Positions 38,642 through 47,007 of a stretch of DNA of 64,000 nt are shown piece by piece (position 1 is the first letter of the stretch; each line of letters opens with the position of its first letter). The stretch is from Desulfurobacteriaceae bacterium (lineage in GTDB: Bacteria > Aquificota > Aquificia > Desulfurobacteriales > Desulfurobacteriaceae). The notes beneath the pieces are model-generated. The model was not told the DNA's origin. It was given only the letters and a program-made list of their open reading frames with translations, and did no database searches. The DNA lies in the NCBI GenBank assembly GCA_027013575.1, contig JALWGN010000122.1, positions 378 to 64,377 on the forward strand. The letters are read 5' to 3'. The translations under genes were made by a program, and so were the position numbers.

Positions 38642-39397
38642 TTGAGGATAGACGTTCTCACCGTTCTTCCCGGCCTCTTTGACTGCTTTTTAAGAGAGGG
38701 AATAATCGGAAAGGCAGTCTCTTCGGGGAAAGTTGAGGTTAACGTTGTCAACATAAGGGACTTTGCGACAGACAAGCACAGGGTTGTTGACGACGTTCCT
38801 TACGGCGGCGGGCCGGGAATGGTTCTAAAGCCAGAGCCGATTTTCAGAGCCTACGACCACCTTACAGCTGAAGGGGAAAAGCCCTTTGTAATCCTGACAG
38901 AGCCGTGGGGGGAGCGGTTTAACCAGGAGATGGCTGTGAAACTCTCTAAGAAAAACCGCCTCATGATTATCTGCGGCCGGTACGAGGGGGTTGACGAGAG
39001 GGTAAAGGCGATAGTTGACAGGGAAGTCTCTATTGGAGACTACGTTCTGACGGGAGGGGAGCTCCCTGCAATGGTCATAATGGACGCAGTAATAAGGCTC
39101 GTTCCCGGAGTTCTTGGAAACGAGGAGAGCTTAAGGGCAGACTCCTTTATGGACAGGGGGCTTTTAGGGTATCCAAACTACACGAGGCCTGCAGAGTTTA
39201 GAGGAATGAAGGTTCCAGAAGTTCTCCTTTCCGGCCACCACAAAAAGATAGAGCTCTGGAGGAAGGAGCAGAGTTTAAGGAAAACTTTAGAGAGAAAGCC
39301 GGAGCTCATTGAGAAACTCAAAAGAGAGGGAAAGCTAACAGAGGAGGAACTCAAAATCCTTGAGAGACTGGAGAAGGAGAGAGAAAGTGAAGGTTGA
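38642..39397 (+). CDS. trmD: tRNA (guanine37-N1)-methyltransferase
   Basis: [37 protein letters not shown] and [13 protein letters not shown]. The ORF is open from 38585, but TTG at 38642 directly follows the rimM stop and gives the canonical N-terminus. Confidence 0.9.
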   Translation: MRIDVLTVLPGLFDCFLREGIIGKAVSSGKVEVNVVNIRDFATDKHRVVDDVPYGGGPGMVLKPEPIFRAYDHLTAEGEKPFVILTEPWGERFNQEMAVKLSKKNRLMIICGRYEGVDERVKAIVDREVSIGDYVLTGGELPAMVIMDAVIRLVPGVLGNEESLRADSFMDRGLLGYPNYTRPAEFRGMKVPEVLLSGHHKKIELWRKEQSLRKTLERKPELIEKLKREGKLTEEELKILERLEKERESEG

Positions 39398-39617
39398 GAT
39401 CTACGACAAGGGAGAGAACCTCGTCGCAGAGTGGGAGGTTGACGGGGAGACCTGCGAGAGGTTCAGCCAGTTAGACAACAACAGCCTTTTATTTGAGATA
39501 GCAACAGGAATAGCGGTTGCTCTAAAAGAAGAAACGGGAGTTGAGCTCACTCCCAACATGGTTATAAACGAACTTGGAAAGGTTGTTGTCTGCGGAAGGG
39601 AGATAAAGCTGAGTTAG
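39387..39617 (+). CDS. Hypothetical small protein
   Basis: Open from 39360. GTG at 39387 follows GAAGGAGAGAG. No motif recognised. Confidence 0.35.
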   Translation: MKVEIYDKGENLVAEWEVDGETCERFSQLDNNSLLFEIATGIAVALKEETGVELTPNMVINELGKVVVCGREIKLS

Positions 39618-39633
39618 GCGGGAAACTCCCGCC
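39617..39633. terminator. Short GC hairpin (GGCGGGA-AAC-TCCCGCC) between convergent genes
   Basis: 7-bp stem read directly. There is no clear U-tract on either strand, so the terminator role is uncertain. Confidence 0.3.
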
Positions 39634-39643
39634 GTTAAATGCC

Positions 39644-39838
39644 TCAGCCAAAGGCAGTACAGGAACCACCTGAAGAGGTTGAGGAGTCTCCACCGCCGAT
39701 TGCACAGGCTGAGATCTTCTTAACAACCTTGTCGCTTCCGCACTTTGGACACTTCACCTGACTCACCTGAGAGGCAGATATGACAAACTTCTCAAACTCC
39801 TCTCCACACTCGTTGCACCTGAACTCGTAGATGGGCAT
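39644..39838 (-). CDS. FmdB-family zinc-ribbon protein
   Basis: 64 aa with N-terminal MPIYEFRCNECGEEFE and a second CPKCGS pair, the standard FmdB/CxxC-CxxC signature. Confidence 0.7.
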   Translation of the reverse strand: MPIYEFRCNECGEEFEKFVISASQVSQVKCPKCGSDKVVKKISACAIGGGDSSTSSGGSCTAFG

Positions 39839-39885
39839 TACGACCTCCTATGTGGATTTTGCAGAGTTCTAATATAAGAACACCA

Positions 39886-40200
39886 CTATGGTTTGAGGGA
39901 GTTTTCTCCCTTCTTCAGCTTTCTGTAAGCTCGCCAGAGGTCATAATCCCTCTGAAGGTTAAGCCAGAACTGGGGCGTTGTTCCAAAGAACTCAGAGAGC
40001 TTTATGGCCATCTCAGGGGAAATTCCCCTCTTACAGTTAACTATGTCGTGAACGGTTCTGAAGTTAACGCCTAACCTCCTTGCAAGCTCAGACTGGGTAA
40101 GGTTCATTGGCTTTAAGAACTCCTCAAGGAGTATCTCTCCCGGATGGACGGGAGGAACCTCCCTCTCAAAGAGGGGAACGTAGGGGTAAGTCTTAGCCAT
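39886..40200 (-). CDS. higA: HigA-type antitoxin (XRE-family HTH)
   Basis: 104 aa with HPGEILLEEFLKPMNLTQSELARRLGVNFRTVHDIVNCKRGISPEMAIKLSEFFGTTPQFWLNLQ, the canonical HigA/VapI sequence. Confidence 0.85.
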   Translation of the reverse strand: MAKTYPYVPLFEREVPPVHPGEILLEEFLKPMNLTQSELARRLGVNFRTVHDIVNCKRGISPEMAIKLSEFFGTTPQFWLNLQRDYDLWRAYRKLKKGENSLKP

Positions 40201-40217
40201 GTCAGTCTCCCAAACGG

Positions 40218-40502
40218 TTAGCTGTGATAGTCTTCAGCTTTTACATCGAAGGCATCGCCATCTTCAAACTTAAAGGTAATCCTCCACTGTTCGTTAATCC
40301 TTATGCTGTAATAACCTGCTCTATCTCCTTTAAGGGGCTCAAGGCGGTTTCCCGGTGGAACCTTTAAGTCGTTTAAAGACTCTGCCTTATCAATCATCTC
40401 AAGTTTCCTGAGAGCTCTCCTCCAGATATCAGGCGGTAGCTTCCTGCACCTGCCTCTCTTAAAGAGCTCTCTGGTCTCCCTATCTCCAAAGGAACGTATC
40501 AA
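40218..40502 (-). CDS. higB: HigB-type toxin (plasmid maintenance system killer, RelE/ParE superfamily)
   Basis: 94 aa with FGDRETRELF ... LEPLKGDRAGYYSIRINEQWRITF. TTG start with an AGGTGG SD. It is located upstream of higA. Confidence 0.85.
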   Translation of the reverse strand: MIRSFGDRETRELFKRGRCRKLPPDIWRRALRKLEMIDKAESLNDLKVPPGNRLEPLKGDRAGYYSIRINEQWRITFKFEDGDAFDVKAEDYHS

Positions 40503-40512
40503 CGATAGCCAC

Positions 40513-40542
40513 CTGCTATGAATTTATGCATCACAATAGCAG
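40513..40542 (-). promoter_or_regulatory. Inverted repeat CTGCTAT-N16-ATAGCAG spanning a TGCATAAAT extended -10-like element upstream of higB. Candidate HigA operator.
   Basis: Arms at 40513-40519 and 40536-40542 are exact reverse complements. The position is 11-40 nt upstream of the higB start. Confidence 0.35.
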
Positions 40543-40583
40543 AAAGAGGCTGTAAAGTATAATTTGGAAATCCAGGAGTTGTT

Positions 40584-40733
40584 ATGGCTGTTTACGTTCT
40601 GATTCTTTTAGCAGTTTCAGTTTACGTTGTTTTCAGGCTCTTAAACAGAAAAGAGTGTGAAGACTTCTGCAACTTAGAGGTTAAAGATGAAGAGCCTTTC
40701 AGAGCTGAGAGAGGAGATAGACAGGATAGATAG
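40584..40733 (+). CDS. Candidate 49-aa small membrane protein / upstream ORF overlapping the pheA start
   Basis: Own reading. ATG at 40584 with AGGAG 5 nt upstream, and TATAAT at 40558-40563. The peptide is MAVYVLILLAVSVYVVFRLLNRKECEDFCNLEVKDEEPFRAERGDRQDR, with one TM helix. It ends 47 nt inside pheA in another frame. Confidence 0.3.
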   Translation: MAVYVLILLAVSVYVVFRLLNRKECEDFCNLEVKDEEPFRAERGDRQDR

Positions 40734-41763
40734 GGAGCTCCTCACCCTTTTAAACCGCCGGGCTAAGATAGCCCAGGAGGTTGGAGAGATAAAGAGGAAG
40801 AAAGGGCTCCCCTTCTACGTTCCCGGAAGGGAGGCAAAGATACTTGCAAAGCTTGAGGAGCTCAACCAGGGACCACTGCCGCCAGAGAGCATAAGGGCAA
40901 TCTTCAGGGAGATAATCTCTGCCTGCAGAGCTTTAGAGGAGCCTACAAAGGTGGCTTTTTTAGGGCCACAGGCTACGTTTACCCATCTGGCAGCCCTTAA
41001 ACACTTTGGAACCTCTTCAGACTTAAGGCCGAAGGACTCAATAGACGAGGTCTTTGACGAGGTTGAGAAGGGGAGAGTTGACTACGGAGTCGTCCCGATA
41101 GAGAACTCCATTGAGGGGATAGTCAACTACACAATAGACATGTTCCTTGACACAGACCTTAAAATCAGTGGGGAGGTATTTGTTCCGGTAAACCTTCACC
41201 TTATGAGCAAGGAAGGAGAGCTCTCCGCCATTAAGAAGGTCTACTCCCACAGGCACGCAATTGCTCAGGCGAGGAAGTGGCTCTCAGAGAACCTGCCAAA
41301 CGTTGAAATTGAGGAAGTTTCAAGCACGGCAAAGGCTGCAGAGATTGCAAGTAAAGAGCCGGGAACTGCCGCAATAGCAAGTGAGGCAGCAGCACTCCTC
41401 TACGACCTGAACATACTCGCAAAGAACGTTCAGGAGATCTCAAAGAACTTCACCCGCTTCCTGATAATAGGAAAGTCCGACTCTGAGTTTCCGTCTGGAA
41501 GGGACAAGACCTCAATCATGTTCAGCACCAGGCACGAGGCGGGAGCTCTCTTCAAAGCTCTCCAGCCTTTTGCCGTTTACGACGTAAACCTTTCTAAAAT
41601 TGAATCCCGCCCAACCAAGAAAAAACCGTGGGAGTACGTCTTCTTCGTTGACGTAGAGGGACACAGGAAAGAGGAAAGGGTAGCAAAGGCTCTATCTGAG
41701 CTGGAGAAAAGCTGCAGCTTCTTCAAAATACTGGGCTCCTACCCGGCCGGATTTAAGGAGTGA
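40687..41763 (+). CDS. pheA: Bifunctional chorismate mutase / prephenate dehydratase (P-protein)
   Basis: 358 aa. CM domain (LREEIDRIDRELLTLLNRRA), PDT domain (VAFLGPQATFTH) and ACT domain with ESRP motif. Confidence 0.9.
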   Translation: MKSLSELREEIDRIDRELLTLLNRRAKIAQEVGEIKRKKGLPFYVPGREAKILAKLEELNQGPLPPESIRAIFREIISACRALEEPTKVAFLGPQATFTHLAALKHFGTSSDLRPKDSIDEVFDEVEKGRVDYGVVPIENSIEGIVNYTIDMFLDTDLKISGEVFVPVNLHLMSKEGELSAIKKVYSHRHAIAQARKWLSENLPNVEIEEVSSTAKAAEIASKEPGTAAIASEAAALLYDLNILAKNVQEISKNFTRFLIIGKSDSEFPSGRDKTSIMFSTRHEAGALFKALQPFAVYDVNLSKIESRPTKKKPWEYVFFVDVEGHRKEERVAKALSELEKSCSFFKILGSYPAGFKE

Positions 41764-41766
41764 GTT

Positions 41767-42351
41767 ATGAGAGAGGCAGAGGTAAAGAGAGAAACGAAAG
41801 AGACAAAGGTTTACATTACCCTGAACCTTGACGGAACAGGCTCTTACTCGGTAAAAACAGACGTTCTGTTTTTAACCCACATGTTGGAGCTCTTCTCAAA
41901 ACACTCCCTCATAGACCTGAGAGTTGTTGCAACCGGAGACGTTGACGTTGACCACCACCACCTGATTGAAGACGTTGGAATCGTTTTAGGAGAGGCAATA
42001 AGGAGAGCTCTAGGAGATAAAAGGGGAATAAACCGCTACGGCTTCTTTACTCTTCCAATGGATGAAACCCTCATATCCGTTGCCTTAGACCTCTCTGACA
42101 GGCCATACTTCGTCTACAAGGGCTTTCCGGAGTTTACAAGTTTAATGGGAATTGAGTTTGACCTTTTCAGGGAGTTCTGGAAGTCCTTTGCAAACTCCTT
42201 AAAGTGTAACCTCCACATAAACTGCCACTACGGTAAGAACCTCCACCACATGGCAGAGGGAACCTTTAAGTGTGTTGCCAGAGCTCTCAGAACGGCAGTA
42301 GAGATTGACCCGAGAGTAAAAGGAGTTCCGTCAACAAAAGGGGAGCTCTAA
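41767..42351 (+). CDS. hisB: Imidazoleglycerol-phosphate dehydratase
   Basis: 194 aa with the DVDHHHLIEDVGI and NLHHMAEGTFKCVARAL motifs. Confidence 0.95.
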   Translation: MREAEVKRETKETKVYITLNLDGTGSYSVKTDVLFLTHMLELFSKHSLIDLRVVATGDVDVDHHHLIEDVGIVLGEAIRRALGDKRGINRYGFFTLPMDETLISVALDLSDRPYFVYKGFPEFTSLMGIEFDLFREFWKSFANSLKCNLHINCHYGKNLHHMAEGTFKCVARALRTAVEIDPRVKGVPSTKGEL

Positions 42352-42358
42352 CTCCAAA

Positions 42359-43552
42359 CTAATCCCCGGGAAGGAGGACCCCTCCCGACGGTAGCAGTTT
42401 TACTGAAGAACTCTCCTCACTCACCTTCTTTTTGCAACTGATAGGCCTAAGAACTGCTCCTTTTACAGCATAACCTTCAACAAGCCTTGCCTTTGCAAAC
42501 TTTGGTTTCACCTCAGTCACTACAGCTTTTCCTATCTCTATTTCATCGTAACCAATAAACTCTTTCGTGTAAGGATCGTATAGCTTCTTTCCCCTCTTAT
42601 AAACAGCAAAGCACATACCAGGGGAAACGAGTCTATTTCCAACGTTAACTATCAGGCTCTCACCTTCAGTCTCAATAGCAACAGGAGGGTAAATGTCTAA
42701 AAGAATATCGTACACCACCCTCTTTGCAATTCTATCTACTGCCTCTTTTAGAGCTTTACTCCTATCCTCACCAGAGATAAAAAACTTACCATCTTGGGAG
42801 TTACTGTACTTAACTTGACCAGTAGCAAACATTATCACTCTATAGTCTACCGAGTAGTTTATTTCAAAACCTTTCTCCTTAATCTTTAAGAAATCACTTC
42901 CCATCTCAACCGGCTTAAGCTCAAACTCATTCACTTCACCAACAAGCATATAGTCTGTACCAGCTAACTTCTTAAGTTTCAACTTTTCGCGGGACTTTGC
43001 ATCTCCTGAAAGAATAAGTGCCTTTTCCTTTTTATAGTAAGTAATATTTTCTCTATCAAGAACCGAAAATTTCCTGCTCTGAGTTAGGAAGTTAACAACA
43101 GCATGTGTAAGGAGTTTACTGACCTCAGAATCAGAAGGCTCAAAAGGATAGACAGCTATTTTTCTTCTGTGATCAACACTAATGCCCGGGGGAGAATATC
43201 TGAGGAGATAGACTTTAACAGTAGCTTTATAGCTACCATCAGGTGATTCTTTCAGAGAAATAACTCTATACTTATCAATCGTTCCCTTAAACTTTTCTTT
43301 AATCTTACTCTGAAAAACGCTCTTACCGCTTAAAGAACCACCTTCATCAACTACAAGGTCTGATGTAAACTTCTCAGCCTTTACAAAAAAGCCGTACTCC
43401 CTTTTAACAGCTTCCTCAAGTGCATCAACTATTGCTGCTTTTTCTGTAGGTCCATACCCATCAACAATTAGAACCTTCCAATAAAAACCTTTTCCTAAAA
43501 CAGTTACAGGCAGAAAGAGTACAAGGAGAAGAACTAAAAGTCTCAACCTCAA
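42359..43552 (-). CDS. Secreted protein: LPP20-like N-terminal region plus a CsgG/LpoB-like module plus a C-terminal beta-rich domain
   Basis: 397 aa with signal peptide MRLRLLVLLLVLFLPVTVLG. The central KIAVYPFE ... LTQSRKFSVLDRE ... AGTDYMLVGEV is the hallmark pattern of CsgG/LpoB-type periplasmic lipoprotein modules. Confidence 0.45.
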   Translation of the reverse strand: MRLRLLVLLLVLFLPVTVLGKGFYWKVLIVDGYGPTEKAAIVDALEEAVKREYGFFVKAEKFTSDLVVDEGGSLSGKSVFQSKIKEKFKGTIDKYRVISLKESPDGSYKATVKVYLLRYSPPGISVDHRRKIAVYPFEPSDSEVSKLLTHAVVNFLTQSRKFSVLDRENITYYKKEKALILSGDAKSREKLKLKKLAGTDYMLVGEVNEFELKPVEMGSDFLKIKEKGFEINYSVDYRVIMFATGQVKYSNSQDGKFFISGEDRSKALKEAVDRIAKRVVYDILLDIYPPVAIETEGESLIVNVGNRLVSPGMCFAVYKRGKKLYDPYTKEFIGYDEIEIGKAVVTEVKPKFAKARLVEGYAVKGAVLRPISCKKKVSEESSSVKLLPSGGVLLPGD

Positions 43553-43560
43553 CCTCCAAC

Positions 43561-44916
43561 CTAGAAGTCGTTAATCTCAACCATATCCTTGCCTTCCGTC
43601 ACGTAACTCCTCTTTTTCCCCTGGGAACGGGATGTTCCTGCATTTTTAGATTTCACGTGGTAATTCCTCTTAAGCGCCTGGGCCCCTTTAAAACCTTTGT
43701 ATGTCCAAACTTCTACTACTACTGCTAACTCTTGGCCTGAAGGAAGTTTAAGGAGTTTTGTGGCCACAGTGTGAGTCCCTGAAAGACGGGACTTAGATAT
43801 TCTCTTTATCTCTGCCCATCTTTCGTCAACCAACCTATTTACACTTTCAACAACCGTATCTCCATTTTTAAAGACAGCTTCCTCCTTTATCTGCTGACCA
43901 ACTCTTGAACGCTCTTTTGCATAGAGAGCAGAGTTTAAGAACTCAGAAATGTAGCTGTCTGCAAGGAGTTCTGCTTTTTCAATTGCGTACTTCCTGTTCC
44001 TTTCCTTGATTGTCGGATCTCCACCAGTGTAAGAGTGGGCCCACTGTCCGAAAGAGATAATCGCTGGAAGGTTATCCTCCGTAAAAACTACCCTAACTCC
44101 CCAGGTACTCATAAAACCCTGAGGTGTTTTAGGCAGGTAGTAGTCAATAGGATGGCCAACTTTAGAGGAAATCTTTGGGAAGCTACCTGTTGCTATAGCC
44201 CTGGCGATGTACTTCAGCTTAGGTGAGTACATCGCTATAACTCCTACACCATGAACTCCGTTTACCTCCCCTTCAAAGGTCTGTACTATAAAAGTACCGG
44301 AGAGTTCAGCTGAAGTTTCTCTTAGAATTTCCTTAATGAGAGTATCGTTAAGAAGCTCTTTCTTCTTTTCGTAAGTTAAGTTACCAAACTTTGAAGGATC
44401 CACTCCCAGTTTTTCCAGCGCCTTATTTATAGCAGCATCTGAAAGTGCAGCAACCTTCGCCTTTAAAACATCCCAGTTGGAAAGTTCAACGTTTTCAGCT
44501 CCTTCTGAGTTGTTTTCAAAAATTTTCCTCACTGTCTTTGTTGTTACTCTTTTAACTATGAAGTAGGCTATCTGTTTCTGAGCATCAAGCCAGGCCCTCT
44601 CAAAGGCAACAACTCGTGCCTGAGCAAACCTTGGATCTGAAGTTGACCTGTCAACCTCCTGGACGGAAAACACAAAGATACGGCCGTTCTCTACCTGACC
44701 AAACTTTATCCCTTTTCTCCTGGCATAGTCCATAATCTGCTTCCTTAAACTCGCTGTAACAGAGTTGTCCAGACTTATTTCCTCTATATCTGCCAGTGTT
44801 TTAACTTCTTTTGTAATATCGGAACTCTGGCTAGAATTAGAGGAGCTCTCCTGTGAGTAAGCCACTCCAGATAAAGCTAAAAAAACCGTTAAAAGAGAAA
44901 CAAACTTCCTCATCAT
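43561..44916 (-). CDS. Secreted hypothetical protein
   Basis: 451 aa with signal peptide MMRKFVSLLTVFLALSGVAYS, then a Ser-rich linker. No catalytic motif recognised. Confidence 0.45.
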   Translation of the reverse strand: MMRKFVSLLTVFLALSGVAYSQESSSNSSQSSDITKEVKTLADIEEISLDNSVTASLRKQIMDYARRKGIKFGQVENGRIFVFSVQEVDRSTSDPRFAQARVVAFERAWLDAQKQIAYFIVKRVTTKTVRKIFENNSEGAENVELSNWDVLKAKVAALSDAAINKALEKLGVDPSKFGNLTYEKKKELLNDTLIKEILRETSAELSGTFIVQTFEGEVNGVHGVGVIAMYSPKLKYIARAIATGSFPKISSKVGHPIDYYLPKTPQGFMSTWGVRVVFTEDNLPAIISFGQWAHSYTGGDPTIKERNRKYAIEKAELLADSYISEFLNSALYAKERSRVGQQIKEEAVFKNGDTVVESVNRLVDERWAEIKRISKSRLSGTHTVATKLLKLPSGQELAVVVEVWTYKGFKGAQALKRNYHVKSKNAGTSRSQGKKRSYVTEGKDMVEINDF

Positions 44917-44921
44917 CCCTC

Positions 44922-45536
44922 CTACCAGGTATAGTTATTTTTCCCTGATACTTTTGATATGACCTTCTCCCCTTCCCAAACTGCAAGGCCAGTCCTCAAA
45001 TCAGTGAGAGTAAGAATGAAGTAGTAGTCCACCTTTTTCCTATCACCCAGGAAGTAAACTCTCTGAACTATCTTGCCCGAGAGGGCATAATCGGGAGCAA
45101 CTATACTTCTTTTTGGTGGAAGAGTTTTTGGGTTGATTTCGTCGTTGCTCCTAAGTTTCCTAATTTCTCCAGTCATAGGATCCTCTGGACCACCGGCCTG
45201 AATGTAGGTAGTTACAACTGCTTTTCCGCTCTTTAAAAGAGCTATTCTTATATCCTTCAGAAGTTGATCTACGTCAATATCCTGAGTTGTATCGTTGATA
45301 ATTCTAGAAATAGCTACAACGTACCTGCCACCTCCGGGTCTATCAAGGACAGGAGAGGCCAGAAGATCCCTAATTAGAGAATCGGCTGCCATTTTAAAGT
45401 CCTGATACTCAAGAGCTAGAGTAGAGGGTTGAACCCCTGGCTGGACAGAAGGATTAACGTAAGCAACCTGGTTTGTTGAACAGCTAGCCAGGAGAAGAAC
45501 TGCTCCTGTAAGAAAAACTATCCCTGAAGTTCTCAT
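44922..45536 (-). CDS. Lipoprotein of the LpoB-like (COG3417-type) family
   Basis: 204 aa with lipobox LLLASC. The core VVAISRIINDTTQDIDVDQLLKDIRIALLKSGKAVV resembles LpoB-type modules. Confidence 0.55.
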   Translation of the reverse strand: MRTSGIVFLTGAVLLLASCSTNQVAYVNPSVQPGVQPSTLALEYQDFKMAADSLIRDLLASPVLDRPGGGRYVVAISRIINDTTQDIDVDQLLKDIRIALLKSGKAVVTTYIQAGGPEDPMTGEIRKLRSNDEINPKTLPPKRSIVAPDYALSGKIVQRVYFLGDRKKVDYYFILTLTDLRTGLAVWEGEKVISKVSGKNNYTW

Positions 45537-45544
45537 TCTCCCTC

Positions 45545-46906
45545 CTAATTAAGCTCTCTCTTAAAAACCTCAAATGTGTTTTCGTCGGGACAGGACACAA
45601 CTATCAGCGTACTTTTCTCTGTATTGATAGAGATCAATTTCTCCTCTTGGGATTGTGGGTTCCTAAGGGTAAGAATTGCCTTCTTTTCGGAAAAATTTGT
45701 CAGATCAACAGAAGTAATCTGTACTTCCTTAGGCAAGTTCCTCCACTGTCTGGTATCTGCACGGTTCATAATGAAGTGATAACCAGCTATAACTTTCTTA
45801 GCCGTTTTCTTTGTTTCAAGCTGCCCAAGCGTAAAAATGAGAGCTCTAACAACCGCCCTTAGAGCTATAGCCTGAAACCTCTTCTTAAACTCTATCTTCT
45901 CAAGGAGATCCATATCAACGATTCTCTCAGTCCTCCCCTTCCTATTCCCAATAGAGTAGGCAACGAAAGGAACAGCTCTCGTTCCAGGTTTAATGTCTGG
46001 AAGGGCAAGCCCGGTATAGAGAACCTTTTCAGTAACTAAAAAGAGAGGAACATCTATTCTCTTCTCCACTCTCTGACCTATCTGTCCGTTGAATACAACT
46101 ATCCAGAGCCTCTTAACCTTTCCTGGAGTAACCTGCTGCATACGCTCAAAACTAAGCTTAAAATCTTCAGCTATGAAGTGAGAACCGGGCTCCCTGTTCC
46201 TTACCAACCCGTAACTTCTCTTTAGAAGGTCCGTTGCCTTCTCGTAGTTCCCAAGAGCAAGGAAGTAGATCCCGGATATGTAGTCTATGAACGGGTTTAG
46301 AAATCCCCGGTAAGCTCTAAACTGATTCAGGTTTGAGTAGTACTTTTCTAAAATATAGCTGACCGTTTTTTCTAAATTTTCCCTTCTGAAGACGTCAATA
46401 TTCTGAGAAGATGAGTACTCCTGCTGAATGGCCTTTTCCTGCTTCTCTATCTCCTTTCTAAAGGCATCCTCAGCTTCCAGTTCTCTTACAAGTGCCCTGT
46501 TAAACTCAACTCCTGCGTGATTTTCCCTTCCAAGGAATAGGGAATCAATACCCTTAAAAGTATTAACTGATACCATCTCGTAAATCCAAGGAGTGTAGGA
46601 GACTACAGAGTCGTTAGCCAAGGTTTGTATAAAGTTCTTTAAAAAGGCCGATAGTATCGTCTCTTTTTTCTTCATTAAGTTGTACTTTCGGTCTACTAGA
46701 TCCAGTAGCTCGTACGATTTAGAAAAGTCTCCCATATAAAAGAGTTGGAGCGCCTTATTAAGGGCTACGTCCGATTTAACCGAACGTTCTCTACTGTGAG
46801 GAGAGCTATCGTCAACACTAAGGTTAAAGTCTGTAGCAGGAGAGACAGCGGGGATAAGGATAAGGATCAGAATGGCTAGAAGGGTTAGAAAACCTCTTAA
46901 TCCCAT
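45545..46906 (-). CDS. Secreted hypothetical protein with helical (TPR-like) middle region
   Basis: 453 aa with signal peptide/TM FLTLLAILILILIPAVSPA and a TPR-like segment (YISGIYFLALGNYEKATDLLKRSY). It is the first gene of the four-gene operon. Confidence 0.45.
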   Translation of the reverse strand: MGLRGFLTLLAILILILIPAVSPATDFNLSVDDSSPHSRERSVKSDVALNKALQLFYMGDFSKSYELLDLVDRKYNLMKKKETILSAFLKNFIQTLANDSVVSYTPWIYEMVSVNTFKGIDSLFLGRENHAGVEFNRALVRELEAEDAFRKEIEKQEKAIQQEYSSSQNIDVFRRENLEKTVSYILEKYYSNLNQFRAYRGFLNPFIDYISGIYFLALGNYEKATDLLKRSYGLVRNREPGSHFIAEDFKLSFERMQQVTPGKVKRLWIVVFNGQIGQRVEKRIDVPLFLVTEKVLYTGLALPDIKPGTRAVPFVAYSIGNRKGRTERIVDMDLLEKIEFKKRFQAIALRAVVRALIFTLGQLETKKTAKKVIAGYHFIMNRADTRQWRNLPKEVQITSVDLTNFSEKKAILTLRNPQSQEEKLISINTEKSTLIVVSCPDENTFEVFKRELN

Positions 46907-46961
46907 GTTTTTTCTTTTTCCCCTCTCTTCTCCCAGTATGAGAACTTTAAAATTTATTATA

Positions 46962-46995
46962 ACAAAACCAAAGGCCGGCAGGCTGACCTACCGGC
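46962..46995 (-). terminator. Rho-independent terminator downstream of katG
   Basis: Minus-strand transcript reads GGCCGGTAGG-TCAG-CCTGCCGGCC (10-bp stem with one G-U pair), followed by TTTGGTTTTG. Confidence 0.65.
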
Positions 46996-47007
46996 CAGGA
47001 GCTAAAT

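Noticed and set aside
39850-40074. 74-aa plus-strand ORF
   Set aside because: It is antisense to the well-supported higA gene.
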